Source: Bacteroidales bacterium
GTDB taxonomy: Bacteria > Bacteroidota > Bacteroidia > Bacteroidales > GCA-2748055
DNA length: 64,000 bases
Direction: 5' to 3'
Assembly: GCA_029210725.1 (NCBI GenBank)
Contig: JARGFM010000014.1
Span: forward strand, 42,519-106,518
Part shown: positions 55,426 to 64,000 of the stretch, in pieces
Position numbering within the stretch: the first letter of the stretch is position 1
Layout of the letters: the number at the start of each line of letters is the position of its first letter
Made by a program: the position numbers and the translations under genes
The notes under the pieces: generated by a model
Told to the model about the DNA's origin: nothing
Seen by the model: the letters and a program-made list of their open reading frames with translations, nothing else
Databases searched by the model: none

Positions 55426-56745
55426 TTATTTAATGGACCTAAAGATACGTTCTTTTCTTAAACCACCAATGAGCGGGGTATCTGGTTTGATGGAGAACAG
55501 GACCGCTACTGCTTTGCCCAGGAGATGATCCTCGGGGACAAAACCCCAGTACCTGGAGTCGGCTGAATTGTGGTGATTGTCGCCCAATACAAAGTAGTAA
55601 TCCATCTGTATTCTATAGGTATCTGAGGGTTTGCCGTTGATATAAATCACTTCGTCCATAATTTTGAGATCGTTCTGTTCATATACATCAATAATCCGAC
55701 GGTAGAGGGGCAGGTTTAGCAGATTAAGCCGGATGGTGTCGCCGCGGGCCGGAATCCGGACAGGCCCAAAATTATCGCCGGTCCATCTGTAAGTTCCACT
55801 GTGTGGAAAGATCTCCTGGTTCTGGAAAGAAAGGGTGGGTTCTGTATATCTGCTGATGCTTCTCACTTCGGGGAAAGATCTCAATGATGCCACATTCTCC
55901 TTCGCCAAATACAAAACGTGCAGGGAGTTGACCGGATTGTACGTGACGGAGTTTTTAAGGATTTTTAACGAATCAAGCAGTTGATCGGGAAGGGGTTCGC
56001 CCCAGGTAGTTACATAGTATTTATACTTCTGGAGAGGTAATTCCGGTCTTATTTTACCATTCACCCTGACTCGTCCCCCGGAGATCAGCAGGGTATCTCC
56101 CGGCAGGGCGATGCATCTTTTGATGTAGTTTTCCCGTTTGTCCACCGGGTGAGAAATTATATCGAATTCCGACTGGATATAATCCCTGCCATACTGTCGG
56201 ACAAGGGAGTAGTAGTTCTGTCCCGGATACTCGACCACCATACTGTCGCCTTCCGGGAAATTGAAGACGATAATATCTTCTCTTTTTACCCTGGAGAAGC
56301 CTTTTAATCGTTTATGGGGCATTTTGAGTTTTTCGGAATAGGATTTCTTTCCCGAAGGAAGCTTATTATGGTAAAAAGGAATGGCCAGCGGGGTTTCAGG
56401 AAGCCTGGGCCCATAGGCAAGTTTACTTACAAAGATGTAATCTCCGGCCAGGAGTGTCTCCTCCATAGAGGGAGTAGGAATCTTGTAAGCCTCCAGGAAA
56501 AGGAATTTGATAATCAGGGAGCTGAACAGGGCAAGAAGGAAGACCGAAAACCACTCCAGGATCGTTATCAGTGTCCTGGGCAATCTGAGAAAACCAAGGG
56601 ACCAGTTGATCTTTCTGCTCACAAAAACATCGAAAAGAACAAAGTTAAGCGGAAGCAGGAAGAGCAGTCCAATCCATATGACCAGCATTGACCAGCACAG
56701 GCCGGAGAGGAAAAATCCCAGGTAACTCTTTGCCACCCGGTCCAT
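55426..56745 (-). CDS. lepB: Signal peptidase I, second tandem paralog
   Basis: It carries the same boxes as the neighbouring paralog: [31 protein letters not shown] and [17 protein letters not shown]. Confidence 0.85.
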   Translation of the reverse strand: MDRVAKSYLGFFLSGLCWSMLVIWIGLLFLLPLNFVLFDVFVSRKINWSLGFLRLPRTLITILEWFSVFLLALFSSLIIKFLFLEAYKIPTPSMEETLLAGDYIFVSKLAYGPRLPETPLAIPFYHNKLPSGKKSYSEKLKMPHKRLKGFSRVKREDIIVFNFPEGDSMVVEYPGQNYYSLVRQYGRDYIQSEFDIISHPVDKRENYIKRCIALPGDTLLISGGRVRVNGKIRPELPLQKYKYYVTTWGEPLPDQLLDSLKILKNSVTYNPVNSLHVLYLAKENVASLRSFPEVRSISRYTEPTLSFQNQEIFPHSGTYRWTGDNFGPVRIPARGDTIRLNLLNLPLYRRIIDVYEQNDLKIMDEVIYINGKPSDTYRIQMDYYFVLGDNHHNSADSRYWGFVPEDHLLGKAVAVLFSIKPDTPLIGGLRKERIFRSIK

Positions 56746-56749
56746 CTCC

Positions 56750-57481
56750 TTAGAGGTTTAACAGATCATGCATTCCGAAAACTCCCTTTTTTCCTTTGAT
56801 AAAGCTGGCAGCAAGAAGCACTCCGGAAGCGAAAGCATCCCGGGTGATCGCATTATGACTGAGCGTAAGAGAGTCGACGGGTGACTCGTAATGAATGCTG
56901 TGTTTCCCCTTGACCTCTCCTTTCCTGATCGCTTCAATGCTCAGCCTGCCTTTCAGGCCATTCACATCATCCGGCGATCCCTTCAGGTACCAGCCCTGGA
57001 TATGACTGTTTGCTTTTATGATCTGCTGTGCAAGTGTCAGCGCCGTACCGCTGGGAGCATCTTTTTTATGTACATGGTGCACTTCGCTCATGGACACCGC
57101 ATATTCAGGAAACTGATCCATGATCTCTGCAAGTTTCCGGTTCAGTGCAAAAAGAATATGGACCCCGATGCTGAAATTACTGGCATAAAAGAAGGTGCCG
57201 TTCTTCTTCCGGCAAAATGCCTCTATCTCGGGGATTTTTTCGTTCCATCCGGTAGTACCGGAGACTACCGGCACACCCATGCGGATGCATTCCAAAATAT
57301 TGGCCGGTGCAGCCGACGGAGTGGAAAACTCAATGGCGGCATCGATGCCCCGCAGGTGATCAGGCTTGAGCAGAGAACGATTATCTTCGTCGATGATTAC
57401 CGGGAAGGAGTAACCCTGATCAAGCCCCAGGGCCTCCACGGTCCTGCCCATTTTTCCATATCCGATCAATGCAATATTCAT
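56750..57481 (-). CDS. dapB: 4-hydroxy-tetrahydrodipicolinate reductase
   Basis: MNIALIGYGKMG, then EVHHVHKKDAPSGTA. ATG 57481 is preferred over the track's GTG 57502. Confidence 0.9.
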   Translation of the reverse strand: MNIALIGYGKMGRTVEALGLDQGYSFPVIIDEDNRSLLKPDHLRGIDAAIEFSTPSAAPANILECIRMGVPVVSGTTGWNEKIPEIEAFCRKKNGTFFYASNFSIGVHILFALNRKLAEIMDQFPEYAVSMSEVHHVHKKDAPSGTALTLAQQIIKANSHIQGWYLKGSPDDVNGLKGRLSIEAIRKGEVKGKHSIHYESPVDSLTLSHNAITRDAFASGVLLAASFIKGKKGVFGMHDLLNL

Positions 57482-57531
57482 AGCCCCGGAGTTTTCTGAC
57501 ACACGAACATACTAACATAGTAAGACACTAA

Positions 57532-57566
57532 CAAAAAAAGCCGCTCCCATTTTAAGGAACGGCTTC
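57532..57566 (-). terminator. Rho-independent terminator of the thrS-infC-rpmI-rplT operon
   Basis: The minus-strand hairpin GAAGCCGTTCC...GGGAGCGGCTT has about 10 bp and is followed by a 7-T run. It starts 17 nt after the rplT stop. Confidence 0.7.
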
Positions 57567-57583
57567 TTTTTTAAGCAGGTATA

Positions 57584-57928
57584 TTATTTTACTTTCTTTA
57601 CAATGGCCTCAAATGCTTTAGGATCATTCATGGCCAGATCGGCAAGTACTTTCCGGTTGATCTCGATGCCGGCGCTACTTAGTTTACCCATAAATTCGGA
57701 GTAGGACATGTCATGCTCTCGCACGGCTGCATTGATCCGCTGAATCCAGAGGGCTCTGAATTCCGCTTTCTTTTTTCGACGGTCCCTGTAAGCATAGCTG
57801 AGTCCCTTCTCAAATGCATTTTTGGAAACTGTCCAGACATTTTTTCTGCGACCAAAGTAACCCTTGGTCTGCTTCATCACTTTTTTTCTCTTCTGTCTTG
57901 ACGCGACAGCATTGTTTACTCTAGGCAT
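57584..57928 (-). CDS. rplT: 50S ribosomal protein L20
   Basis: [30 protein letters not shown]... is a classic L20 N-terminus. The track ORF has an upstream extension that I consider implausible. Confidence 0.95.
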   Translation of the reverse strand: MPRVNNAVASRQKRKKVMKQTKGYFGRRKNVWTVSKNAFEKGLSYAYRDRRKKKAEFRALWIQRINAAVREHDMSYSEFMGKLSSAGIEINRKVLADLAMNDPKAFEAIVKKVK

Positions 57929-58020
57929 TTTTTTTACTTTTTGGATGCAGGCGGTCGGTACGACACTTTCTGGCTCCACATCCTGGTTAAACTAAATTAC
58001 CACTATCAACAGGTCATATC

Positions 58021-58218
58021 TTACTTCATAGCAAGCAAACGCTTGATATTATCTTCATCAGCTTTATGTACTTCACCAAAATAGGTCAGGTTCCGCTTGC
58101 GCTTCTTCGACTTCTTGGTAAGAATATGGCTCTTGTAAGCATGTTTCCTCTTGATTTTACCGGTTCCGGTGAGCGTGAATCGCTTCTTTGCTCCCGGATT
58201 CGTCTTCATTTTTGGCAT
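58021..58218 (-). CDS. rpmI: 50S ribosomal protein L35
   Basis: 65-aa basic [39 protein letters not shown]... Confidence 0.95.
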   Translation of the reverse strand: MPKMKTNPGAKKRFTLTGTGKIKRKHAYKSHILTKKSKKRKRNLTYFGEVHKADEDNIKRLLAMK

Positions 58219-58242
58219 TGTTCCTATCTTTATCTATAATAA

Positions 58243-58815
58243 CTACTTCTTTTTCAACACTTTGGGTGCCATAAACATGGTCATCCGTTTCCCTTCGAGT
58301 TTGGGGAGCTGTTCAACTTTCCCAACCTCTTCCAGGTCCTGGGCAAGCTTTAATAACAGGATCTCACCTTTTTCCTTATATAAAATAGATCTCCCTTTAA
58401 AGAATACAAAAGCCTTCAGTTTGGCACCCTCTTCCAGAAACTTATGAGCGTGCTTCAGTTTAAAACTGTAATCATGTTCATCGGTATTCGGACCGAACCG
58501 GATCTCCTTCACCACCACCTTTGTGGTTTTGGCTTTCATTTCCTTCTGCTTCTTCTTTTGCTGGTAGAGAAACTTCTGATAGTCGATGGCCCTGCAAACA
58601 GGCGGATCGGCCTTGGGTGAAATCTCAACCAGGTCGAGATCCAGCGAATCAGCAATCTTAAGGGCTTCCGCTAAGGAGACAACCCCTGGATTTTCAATAT
58701 TATCACCAACAAGTCGAACTGAGGCGACACGTATCTGCTGATTTGTTCTAAAGGAAATCTTATCCTTATTGCGGTTATCGTTGCTGCGTCTGCGATAATG
58801 GCTTGGTCCTGCTAT
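58243..58815 (-). CDS. infC: Translation initiation factor IF-3 (apparent ATA start)
   Basis: The track gives only the C-terminal 98 aa from ATG 58539. I translated the same frame upstream and found the conserved IF-3 N-domain, [60 protein letters not shown]. That frame is closed by TAG at 58830-58828. The first near-cognate codon is ATA at 58815, preceded by AGGAGG (58829-58824) at 8-nt spacing. Confidence 0.85.
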   Translation of the reverse strand: MAGPSHYRRRSNDNRNKDKISFRTNQQIRVASVRLVGDNIENPGVVSLAEALKIADSLDLDLVEISPKADPPVCRAIDYQKFLYQQKKKQKEMKAKTTKVVVKEIRFGPNTDEHDYSFKLKHAHKFLEEGAKLKAFVFFKGRSILYKEKGEILLLKLAQDLEEVGKVEQLPKLEGKRMTMFMAPKVLKKK

Positions 58816-58837
58816 GGCTTGTTCCTCCTATCTTTTG

Positions 58838-60796
58838 TTAAACATTGGTCTCCACGGACTCTAACTGATTTTTAACCTCAGCCTGCAAGAATTTTGCAAA
58901 TTCTTCCAGTTTCATCTCTCCCTGATCACCTTCTCCCTGTCTTCGAACGGAAACTGTACCATTTTCCTGTTCCTTTTCGCCTATGATAAGCAGATATGGA
59001 ATGCGCTTTAACTCGTTATCCCTGATCTTCTTACCTATCTTTTCACTCCTCTCGTCAATCAGGGTGCGAATATCGTAATTTTTAAGGAACTTTGAAACTT
59101 TTTCAGCATAATCATGAAATTTTTCACTAATGGGCAATATGACAGCCTGATCGGGTGTGAGCCAGAGAGGAAATTTTCCTGCAGTATGTTCGATGAGCAC
59201 TGCTACAAAACGCTCCATGGAACCAAAAGGCGCACGGTGGATCATCACAGGCTGATGTTTATGATTATCAGCGCCGATATACTCCAGTTCAAAACGTTCG
59301 GGGAGATTGTAGTCTACCTGTATGGTTCCCAGCTGCCATTTCCTGCCCAGGGCGTCCTTCACCATAAAGTCCAGTTTGGGTCCGTAAAAGGCAGCTTCGC
59401 CATATTCCACCACTACATTTTTCATACCCTTGGCTTCCACGGCTTCGATAATAGCCTGTTCAGCTTTCTCCCAATTTTCATCCGAGCCGATATATTTCTC
59501 TTTATCCTCCGGGTCCCTGAGTGAGACCTGGGTAACAAAGTCTTTAAAATCCAGGGTTTTAAATATGTAAAGAATGATATCGATCACCTTCAGGAACTCC
59601 TCTTTCAGCTGATCGGGACGGCAGAAAATATGTGCGTCGTCCTGTGTAAATCCGCGTACCCTGGTAAGTCCGTGCAACTCCCCGCTCTGTTCATAGCGGT
59701 AAACAGTTCCAAATTCAGCCAGGCGAAGGGGCAGATCCTTGTAAGACCGGGGTTTTGCCTTGTAGATCTCACAGTGGGCCGGGCAGTTCATGGGCTTCAG
59801 CAGAAATTCTTCTCCTTCCTGGGGAGTGCGGATGGGTTGAAAACTATCTTTCCCATACTTGGCATAGTGGCCGGAGGTAACCCATAACTCTTTCTGGCCA
59901 ATATGGGGAGTGATCACCTGTTCGTAACCTGTTTCCCGCTGAACCTTTTTCAGGAAGTTCTCCAGCCGTTCCCTCAATTGTGCCCCTTTTGGCAGCCAGA
60001 GCGGCAAACCAGGTCCCACTCGCTGGGAAAAAGTAAAGAGCTCTAGCTCCTTGCCCAGTTTCCGGTGGTCACGCAACCTGGCCTGTTCCAGAAACTCCAG
60101 GTACTCTTCCAGCATTTGGGCTTTGGGGAAGCTTATCCCGTAAATCCTGGTCAGTTGTTTCCGGGTTTCATCTCCTCTCCAGTAAGCGCCGGCCACACTT
60201 AGTAATTTAATCGCCTTGATGGGGGAGGTGTCGGCCAGGTGCGGTCCCCGGCAGAGGTCTGTGAAGCTACCCTGGTGGTAAAAGGAGATGGTCCCGTCCT
60301 CCAGCTCGCTGATTAGTTCAGTCTTATACTTATCACCTTTATCCTCAAAAAATTGCAGGGCCTCCTGCTTGCTTACCTCTTTTCTGGCATATTCCTGTTT
60401 CTGAGAGGCCAGTTCCTTCATCTTCTTTTCAATTTTTGGCAGGTCGGCATCGGTGATCACCACATCCTCCCCCGGATCCACATCATAATAGAATCCGTTT
60501 TCGATGGCAGGACCGATACCAAACATGGTGCCCGGATAAAGCGACTCGATGGCTTCAGCCATCAGGTGGGCAGAGGAGTGCCAGAAGGCATGCTTCCCGT
60601 CGGGATCGTCAAACTTGTTAAGTTTGATGGTGGAATCTTTCCGGATGGGACGGTTCAGGTCCCATAGCTCGTCGTTCACATTGATGGAGAGCACCTCCCG
60701 TGCCAGGCTGTTGCTAAGGCTTCTGGCTATATCGAGTCCCGACACACCCTGCTCATACTGCCGTACAGAGCCGTCGGGAAAAGTGATGTTGATCAT
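58838..60796 (-). CDS. thrS: Threonine--tRNA ligase
   Basis: 652-aa ORF with an N-terminal TGS domain, an editing-domain HxxxH motif ([10 protein letters not shown]), the class II core (FRPDQLKEE..., [10 protein letters not shown]) and an anticodon-binding C-terminus. Confidence 0.95.
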   Translation of the reverse strand: MINITFPDGSVRQYEQGVSGLDIARSLSNSLAREVLSINVNDELWDLNRPIRKDSTIKLNKFDDPDGKHAFWHSSAHLMAEAIESLYPGTMFGIGPAIENGFYYDVDPGEDVVITDADLPKIEKKMKELASQKQEYARKEVSKQEALQFFEDKGDKYKTELISELEDGTISFYHQGSFTDLCRGPHLADTSPIKAIKLLSVAGAYWRGDETRKQLTRIYGISFPKAQMLEEYLEFLEQARLRDHRKLGKELELFTFSQRVGPGLPLWLPKGAQLRERLENFLKKVQRETGYEQVITPHIGQKELWVTSGHYAKYGKDSFQPIRTPQEGEEFLLKPMNCPAHCEIYKAKPRSYKDLPLRLAEFGTVYRYEQSGELHGLTRVRGFTQDDAHIFCRPDQLKEEFLKVIDIILYIFKTLDFKDFVTQVSLRDPEDKEKYIGSDENWEKAEQAIIEAVEAKGMKNVVVEYGEAAFYGPKLDFMVKDALGRKWQLGTIQVDYNLPERFELEYIGADNHKHQPVMIHRAPFGSMERFVAVLIEHTAGKFPLWLTPDQAVILPISEKFHDYAEKVSKFLKNYDIRTLIDERSEKIGKKIRDNELKRIPYLLIIGEKEQENGTVSVRRQGEGDQGEMKLEEFAKFLQAEVKNQLESVETNV

Positions 60797-60822
60797 TGAA
60801 ATTTTCGTTTTAAAAAACAGCG

Positions 60823-60830
60823 CAAAGATA
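60823..60830 (-). promoter_or_regulatory. Candidate -7 promoter box (TATCTTTG on minus strand) for thrS operon
   Basis: Exact TAnnTTTG match (plus-strand CAAAGATA), 27 nt upstream of the thrS ATG. Confidence 0.3.
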
Positions 60831-60985
60831 CGAAAACAATATGGATAAAAAATTTAATTTATTGGTCCGGGATCCTTGGGTTTTAGTTATTTTGCAGCTG
60901 GAAAGGAAACACCTTTCACTTACAAATATCCAAGTTTGGCATGCTATTTGGAATTACCAAAGCAACAACCAGAAAACCAATTGCC

Positions 60986-61759
60986 ATGAAACGTTTAATA
61001 TACATACTACCATTGCTTTCACTGATGGTGATAAGCTGCAACAGAGAACCTTTAGCCGACGCGACCGTGGACCTGAACCCCGCCTATGTGGGAGAAATGG
61101 TGCGTTTTACTAGTTATTCCACCAATGCCGAAAGCGTGGAGTGGGATATGGATGATGGCTTTATTTACAATACTTCCGTAGTGGATCATTACTTCGTTGA
61201 TCCCGGCTATTACGATGTCCGGCTAAGTGCCTATGGCGTTAAGGGAGACATCAGCACAGCCGTGATTCCGATGGAAGTGATTGGTTCAGCAATTACCATC
61301 ACGGTGGAGGACATTGATAATGAGGGTACTTATATTCCTGAAACGGAGATTTACCTGTTTCGCAGTCTGGCCGACTGGGATACCGGGAATCTGGATCTGG
61401 CCTTCGGACCTTTTTATACCAATAGCTTCGGAGTGGTTACCATTGATGGCCTGAGCTACCAAAAGTACTATGTGGATGCCTATATCAGTTACGGGAATAC
61501 GGGCTATGTAAACTGGCTCCTGGGTGAAGAAGATGAATACTGGATTGAGACACAGCTCCTTTCAGCAGGTCCCAGTATCGACCATTACTTTACAGCCTAC
61601 GTGGAGTATGTCTCCTTCGATAAGAAGAAAGCGGCAGCGGTTGAAGAAGAGCGCAAGGGAAGAATCCCTGCTTCCCGGGCAGCCGGGCAGCTTAAGGCCG
61701 CGGGTCAGGACCGTCCGTTCAAGGAGAATAAATCCACTGCAGAGGGAGAAAAAAGATAA
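60986..61759 (+). CDS. PKD-domain lipoprotein
   Basis: ATG 60986 gives MKRLIYILPLLSLMVISC (lipobox). A PKD-like segment follows (VGEMVRFTSYSTNAESVEWDMDDG...YDVRLSAYG), then a second beta-sandwich-like region and a Lys/Glu-rich tail. Confidence 0.6.
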   Translation: MKRLIYILPLLSLMVISCNREPLADATVDLNPAYVGEMVRFTSYSTNAESVEWDMDDGFIYNTSVVDHYFVDPGYYDVRLSAYGVKGDISTAVIPMEVIGSAITITVEDIDNEGTYIPETEIYLFRSLADWDTGNLDLAFGPFYTNSFGVVTIDGLSYQKYYVDAYISYGNTGYVNWLLGEEDEYWIETQLLSAGPSIDHYFTAYVEYVSFDKKKAAAVEEERKGRIPASRAAGQLKAAGQDRPFKENKSTAEGEKR

Positions 61760-61803
61760 AAATGTAATAAGTTTTCCTGCAGAAATTAAAATTTAATATA
61801 TTT

Positions 61804-61850
61804 GCACCCCCGAAACGAGAATTTCCGGGGGTGCTTATTTGGTTCTTTTT
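61804..61850 (+). terminator. Rho-independent terminator after the PKD lipoprotein gene
   Basis: A 9-bp GC-rich stem pairs GCACCCCCG (61804-61812) with CGGGGGTGC (61826-61834). The T-rich tract TTATTTGGTTCTTTTT follows. Confidence 0.75.
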
Positions 61851-61868
61851 GTATTTAACAGTCATCTT

Positions 61869-61952
61869 GCCCAGATGGCGGAATTGGTAGACGCGCTAGT
61901 TTCAGGGACTAGTGTACGCAAGTACGTGCAGGTTCGAGTCCTGTTCTGGGCA
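61869..61952 (+). tRNA. tRNA-Leu (anticodon CAG)
   Basis: Hand-folded cloverleaf. Acceptor GCCCAGA/TCTGGGC, D-arm GCG-GAATTGGTAGA-CGC. Anticodon stem CTAGT/ACTAG with loop TTCAGGG. Long variable arm (GTAC-GCAA-GTAC) and T-arm GCAGG-TTCGAGT-CCTGT. Discriminator is A and CCA is not encoded. Confidence 0.9.
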
Positions 61953-61976
61953 CTTTTTCATTATTGATTTCTTTTT

Positions 61977-62062
61977 GCCCAGGTGGCGGAACTGGTAGAC
62001 GCGCTAGGTTGAGGGCCTAGTGACCGATTTTGGTCGTGCAAGTTCGATTCTTGTCCTGGGCA
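61977..62062 (+). tRNA. tRNA-Leu (anticodon GAG)
   Basis: Hand-folded cloverleaf. Acceptor GCCCAGG/CCTGGGC. Anticodon stem CTAGG/CCTAG with loop TTGAGGG. Long variable arm (GACCGATTTTGGTC) and T-arm GCAAG-TTCGATT-CTTGT. Discriminator is A and CCA is not encoded. Confidence 0.9.
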
Positions 62063-62071
62063 CAGTCCAAG

Positions 62072-62114
62072 CCAAAAGCAAGTGTTTATATAACAACAGC
62101 TTTTGGTTTTTTTT
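62072..62114 (+). terminator. Terminator-like hairpin after the tRNA-Leu pair
   Basis: CCAAAAGC (62072-62079) pairs with GCTTTTGG (62099-62106) and an 8-T run follows. The 19-nt loop is large, so confidence is moderate. Confidence 0.55.
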
Positions 62115-62117
62115 ACC

Positions 62118-64000
62118 TCAGAGCTTGATCCCGATCATCAAAACATCGTCGATCTGTTCATTGACCCCCTTCCATTCTTCATAGGCCTTTTCGACGGCCG
62201 CTTTCTGATCAAGCATGATGCTGTTTTGCAGCTGGGAAAGCAGGGTTTTAAAACGTTGTGTTCCATATTTTTTCCTGTGCTTTCCCCCGAACTGGTCGAT
62301 GAAACCATCTGAAAGCATGTAAAGGGTATCTCCCCGGTTCAGCCGGAGATTGCTAACCGAGAAAAGCGTGCTGCTTTCGGAATGGATGCCCACGGGCATG
62401 CGATCCCCTTTGAGAATGACCAGTTCTCCCTTCTGAAAGGTATACAGATTATGGTTTGCTCCCGTGAACTGGACCTCCCTGGTTTTTGTATTGATGGCCA
62501 CCAGGCTCATTTCAATGCCATCCTTGGTTTCATACCTGTCCCCGGTCTGCCCCAGGGCCGCAATTACCAGGTCGCGGAGTTCATCCATGATTTCGTTGGT
62601 GGGGCTATCGGTAAACTTGCTGGAGATTTCATTCAGAAGAGAGATGCCCAGCATACTCATAAATGCGCCCGGTACACCGTGTCCGGTACAATCGGCTACC
62701 GCAACCAGAATGGTTTCGTCCCGTTTATCCACCCAGAAGAAGTCTCCGCTTACGATGTCCCGGGGCAGGTAAAATACAAAATGTTTTGGCAGCAGGAAGC
62801 GCATCACTTCATTGGCGGGCAGCACCGCATCCTGAATTCTCCTGGCATAAATAATACTGTCGGTCATGGCACTGTTTTGCCGGTCGATCAGTTCTTTTTG
62901 TTCCGACAGGGAATCCCTCTGTCTCTCAATCTCATCGCGCTGAGCGGTTGTCTCCTCATTCAAAAGCTCCAGTTCCTGTTTCTGTAGCTCAATCTCTCTA
63001 TTCTGCTTTTCAAGGAGCTCAGCCCTGGTTTTGAGCTTACGGGTGTAAAGAATTACAAAAATGACCAGGGAAGCGATCAGGATAAAATACAGGAAAACAG
63101 CTGCAAAGGTTACATACCAGGGTTTCAGGATGCTGAATTCGTATACGGATAAAGGACTCTCATCACCAAAAACATTTCTGGCCTTAACCTTCATTTCATA
63201 TCTCCCATAGGGCAGATTGGTGTATTTTGCAGATCTTTCTCGGCTCCATTCAGACCAATCCCTGCTGAATCCTTCCAGGTAATAGCTGTATTGCATTTGT
63301 CTCTGGTTCTGGAAGTATAAGGCAGACCACAGGAATTCAATATCCCGGAAATCATGTTTCAGCCTGGGACGGCTCTCCCCGGTTTGTTCTGTCTCCGGAA
63401 GTAACTGGCCCGAAGCGCTGGTGGAGAAGTAGGTTCCGTCGAACAACAAAGAGTCCCCGTTTATTTTGACATTCCGCATCAGGACCTGGTAACTTTGCAT
63501 GCTGTCGACCACCTGGCTTTCATCAAAATGAATAAGCTCGGCCGCTTTGGAAAACCACAGTTGTTTTTCAGAATCTGTATAGAACACATCGGTAGGTACC
63601 CTGGAGGAAAGAACCCGTAAGATCCGCTCGTGAACCTGTTGAAAACCTGTATCTTTCTGCCTGGCTGCCAGTATGTTCCAGCCGCTATCTTCATTCTCGA
63701 AAGAGAACCAGAAGAGATTGTCGGCTCCTTTGTGAATCAGCTTGATATTGTTTTTCCCGTCTGGAAGAAGGCTGTTGTACAAAGAATCGTAAAGCAGGGT
63801 ATCCTGCATATAATCGAAGCGGAAAAACCCCTCTTTGCTGCCCACCAGAAGTTCCCGGCTAACCGGATCGGTGAATACTTCCAGGCTTCCTGCCGGTAAT
63901 CCATTTGCTGCACCAAAATTCCGGAGTTCCGGTTCTTTTTCCCCCTTTAGCTCCAGGCGGAGCAATCCCCGGCGGCTGGAGATCCAGATGAAACCCTGGC
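62118..64000 (-). CDS. Sensor protein: beta-propeller/Y_Y_Y periplasmic domain, one TM helix, coiled coil and PP2C/SpoIIE phosphatase (N-terminus outside the window)
   Basis: The frame stays open upstream of the track's TTG 63965 to the window edge (...QGFIWISSRRGLLRLEL, a propeller-repeat-like sequence). The Y_Y_Y block is YTNLPYGRYEMKVKARNVFGDES. TM helix FAAVFLYFILIASLVIFVILY. PPM block VADCTGHGVPGAFMSMLG ... LSDGFIDQFGG. Confidence 0.8.
   Translation of the reverse strand, partial: QGFIWISSRRGLLRLELKGEKEPELRNFGAANGLPAGSLEVFTDPVSRELLVGSKEGFFRFDYMQDTLLYDSLYNSLLPDGKNNIKLIHKGADNLFWFSFENEDSGWNILAARQKDTGFQQVHERILRVLSSRVPTDVFYTDSEKQLWFSKAAELIHFDESQVVDSMQSYQVLMRNVKINGDSLLFDGTYFSTSASGQLLPETEQTGESRPRLKHDFRDIEFLWSALYFQNQRQMQYSYYLEGFSRDWSEWSRERSAKYTNLPYGRYEMKVKARNVFGDESPLSVYEFSILKPWYVTFAAVFLYFILIASLVIFVILYTRKLKTRAELLEKQNREIELQKQELELLNEETTAQRDEIERQRDSLSEQKELIDRQNSAMTDSIIYARRIQDAVLPANEVMRFLLPKHFVFYLPRDIVSGDFFWVDKRDETILVAVADCTGHGVPGAFMSMLGISLLNEISSKFTDSPTNEIMDELRDLVIAALGQTGDRYETKDGIEMSLVAINTKTREVQFTGANHNLYTFQKGELVILKGDRMPVGIHSESSTLFSVSNLRLNRGDTLYMLSDGFIDQFGGKHRKKYGTQRFKTLLSQLQNSIMLDQKAAVEKAYEEWKGVNEQIDDVLMIGIKL

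Noticed and set aside
60797-60985. T-box, riboswitch or other structured leader upstream of thrS (and upstream of proS at 45977-46031)
   Set aside because: No specifier/T-box-like sequence and no long conserved-looking helices are visible. The leaders are short (about 27 nt from the candidate -7 box to the thrS ATG). The 90-aa ORF at 60841-61113 overlaps the PKD lipoprotein gene out of frame and looks spurious.
61797-61804. TATATTTG (TAnnTTTG match) as a promoter for the tRNA-Leu pair
   Set aside because: It overlaps the first base of the strong terminator stem (61804-61834), so a transcript started here would run straight into that hairpin. The match may be coincidental, and the tRNA promoter could not be assigned.
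61869-62114. Tandem tRNA-Leu genes as an integration site for a mobile element
   Set aside because: No integrase, excisionase or phage/ICE genes lie on either side, and I did not spot a duplicated tRNA 3' end downstream. The flanking genes are ordinary chromosomal genes.

Overview
This 64-kb window looks like a core chromosomal segment of a Bacteroidota genome, probably Bacteroidia or Marinilabiliales-like. That placement is inferred from gene content: DUF1080 and TAT-signal Gfo/Idh/MocA glycan genes, WbqC, tandem LepB paralogs, an archaeal-type ProRS, SpoIIE sensor phosphatases, TAnnTTTG -7 boxes and few Shine-Dalgarno sites. All domain calls come from motifs I recognise by eye, because no searches could be run.

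Coding density is high, with about 50 protein genes and two tandem tRNA-Leu genes. I saw no rRNA, CRISPR array, transposase, integrase, phage gene or recognisable defence gene.

Gene content in order:
- Glycan-processing cluster (1-8555): GH140-like, GH29 fucosidase, a HEAT plus 2x DUF1080 protein, a TAT oxidoreductase and a URO-D-like protein.
- Core metabolism and housekeeping (8684-19311): ppdK, pckA, plsY, cdaA, folP, tmk, a DoxX/MauE-like protein, tpiA and prmA.
- A 1484-aa orphan secreted protein, then a YfcE-like phosphoesterase and rsmE.
- An ECF sigma factor plus a small ORF, divergent from uvrA.
- A 4-gene operon: porin, TPR protein, SSS transporter and a DUF4212-like small subunit.
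- Two exported proteins of unknown function, then nth.
- A six-gene aromatic amino-acid operon: pheA, DAHPS/CM, aroB, aroD, aroC and tyrA.
- tilS, an M49-like peptidase and proS.
- A 7TMR-DISM SpoIIE phosphatase, an FG-GAP lipoprotein, a Tyr/Gly-rich and Ser/Arg-rich lipoprotein, and a FadL-like outer-membrane protein.
- WbqC, lepB x2 and dapB, followed by the rplT-rpmI-infC-thrS operon.
- A PKD lipoprotein, tRNA-Leu(CAG), tRNA-Leu(GAG) and a partial Y_Y_Y SpoIIE phosphatase.

The strongest new observation is a complete leader-peptide attenuator upstream of the aromatic operon. It consists of a promoter, the 16-codon leader MAFRSTVYYFYFFTCR, alternative hairpins and an intrinsic terminator.

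Other points worth checking:
- uvrA has its conserved N-terminus encoded upstream of any canonical start codon.
- infC appears to start at ATA, preceded by a strong Shine-Dalgarno site.
- The transporter small subunit is a DUF4212 domain split by an insertion of about 155 aa.
- A low-complexity lipoprotein carries perfect 39-bp tandem repeats.
- The 1484-aa orphan protein has no recognisable domains.

I did not find a convincing novel multi-gene system such as a defence island. Most of the window is ordinary housekeeping sequence.
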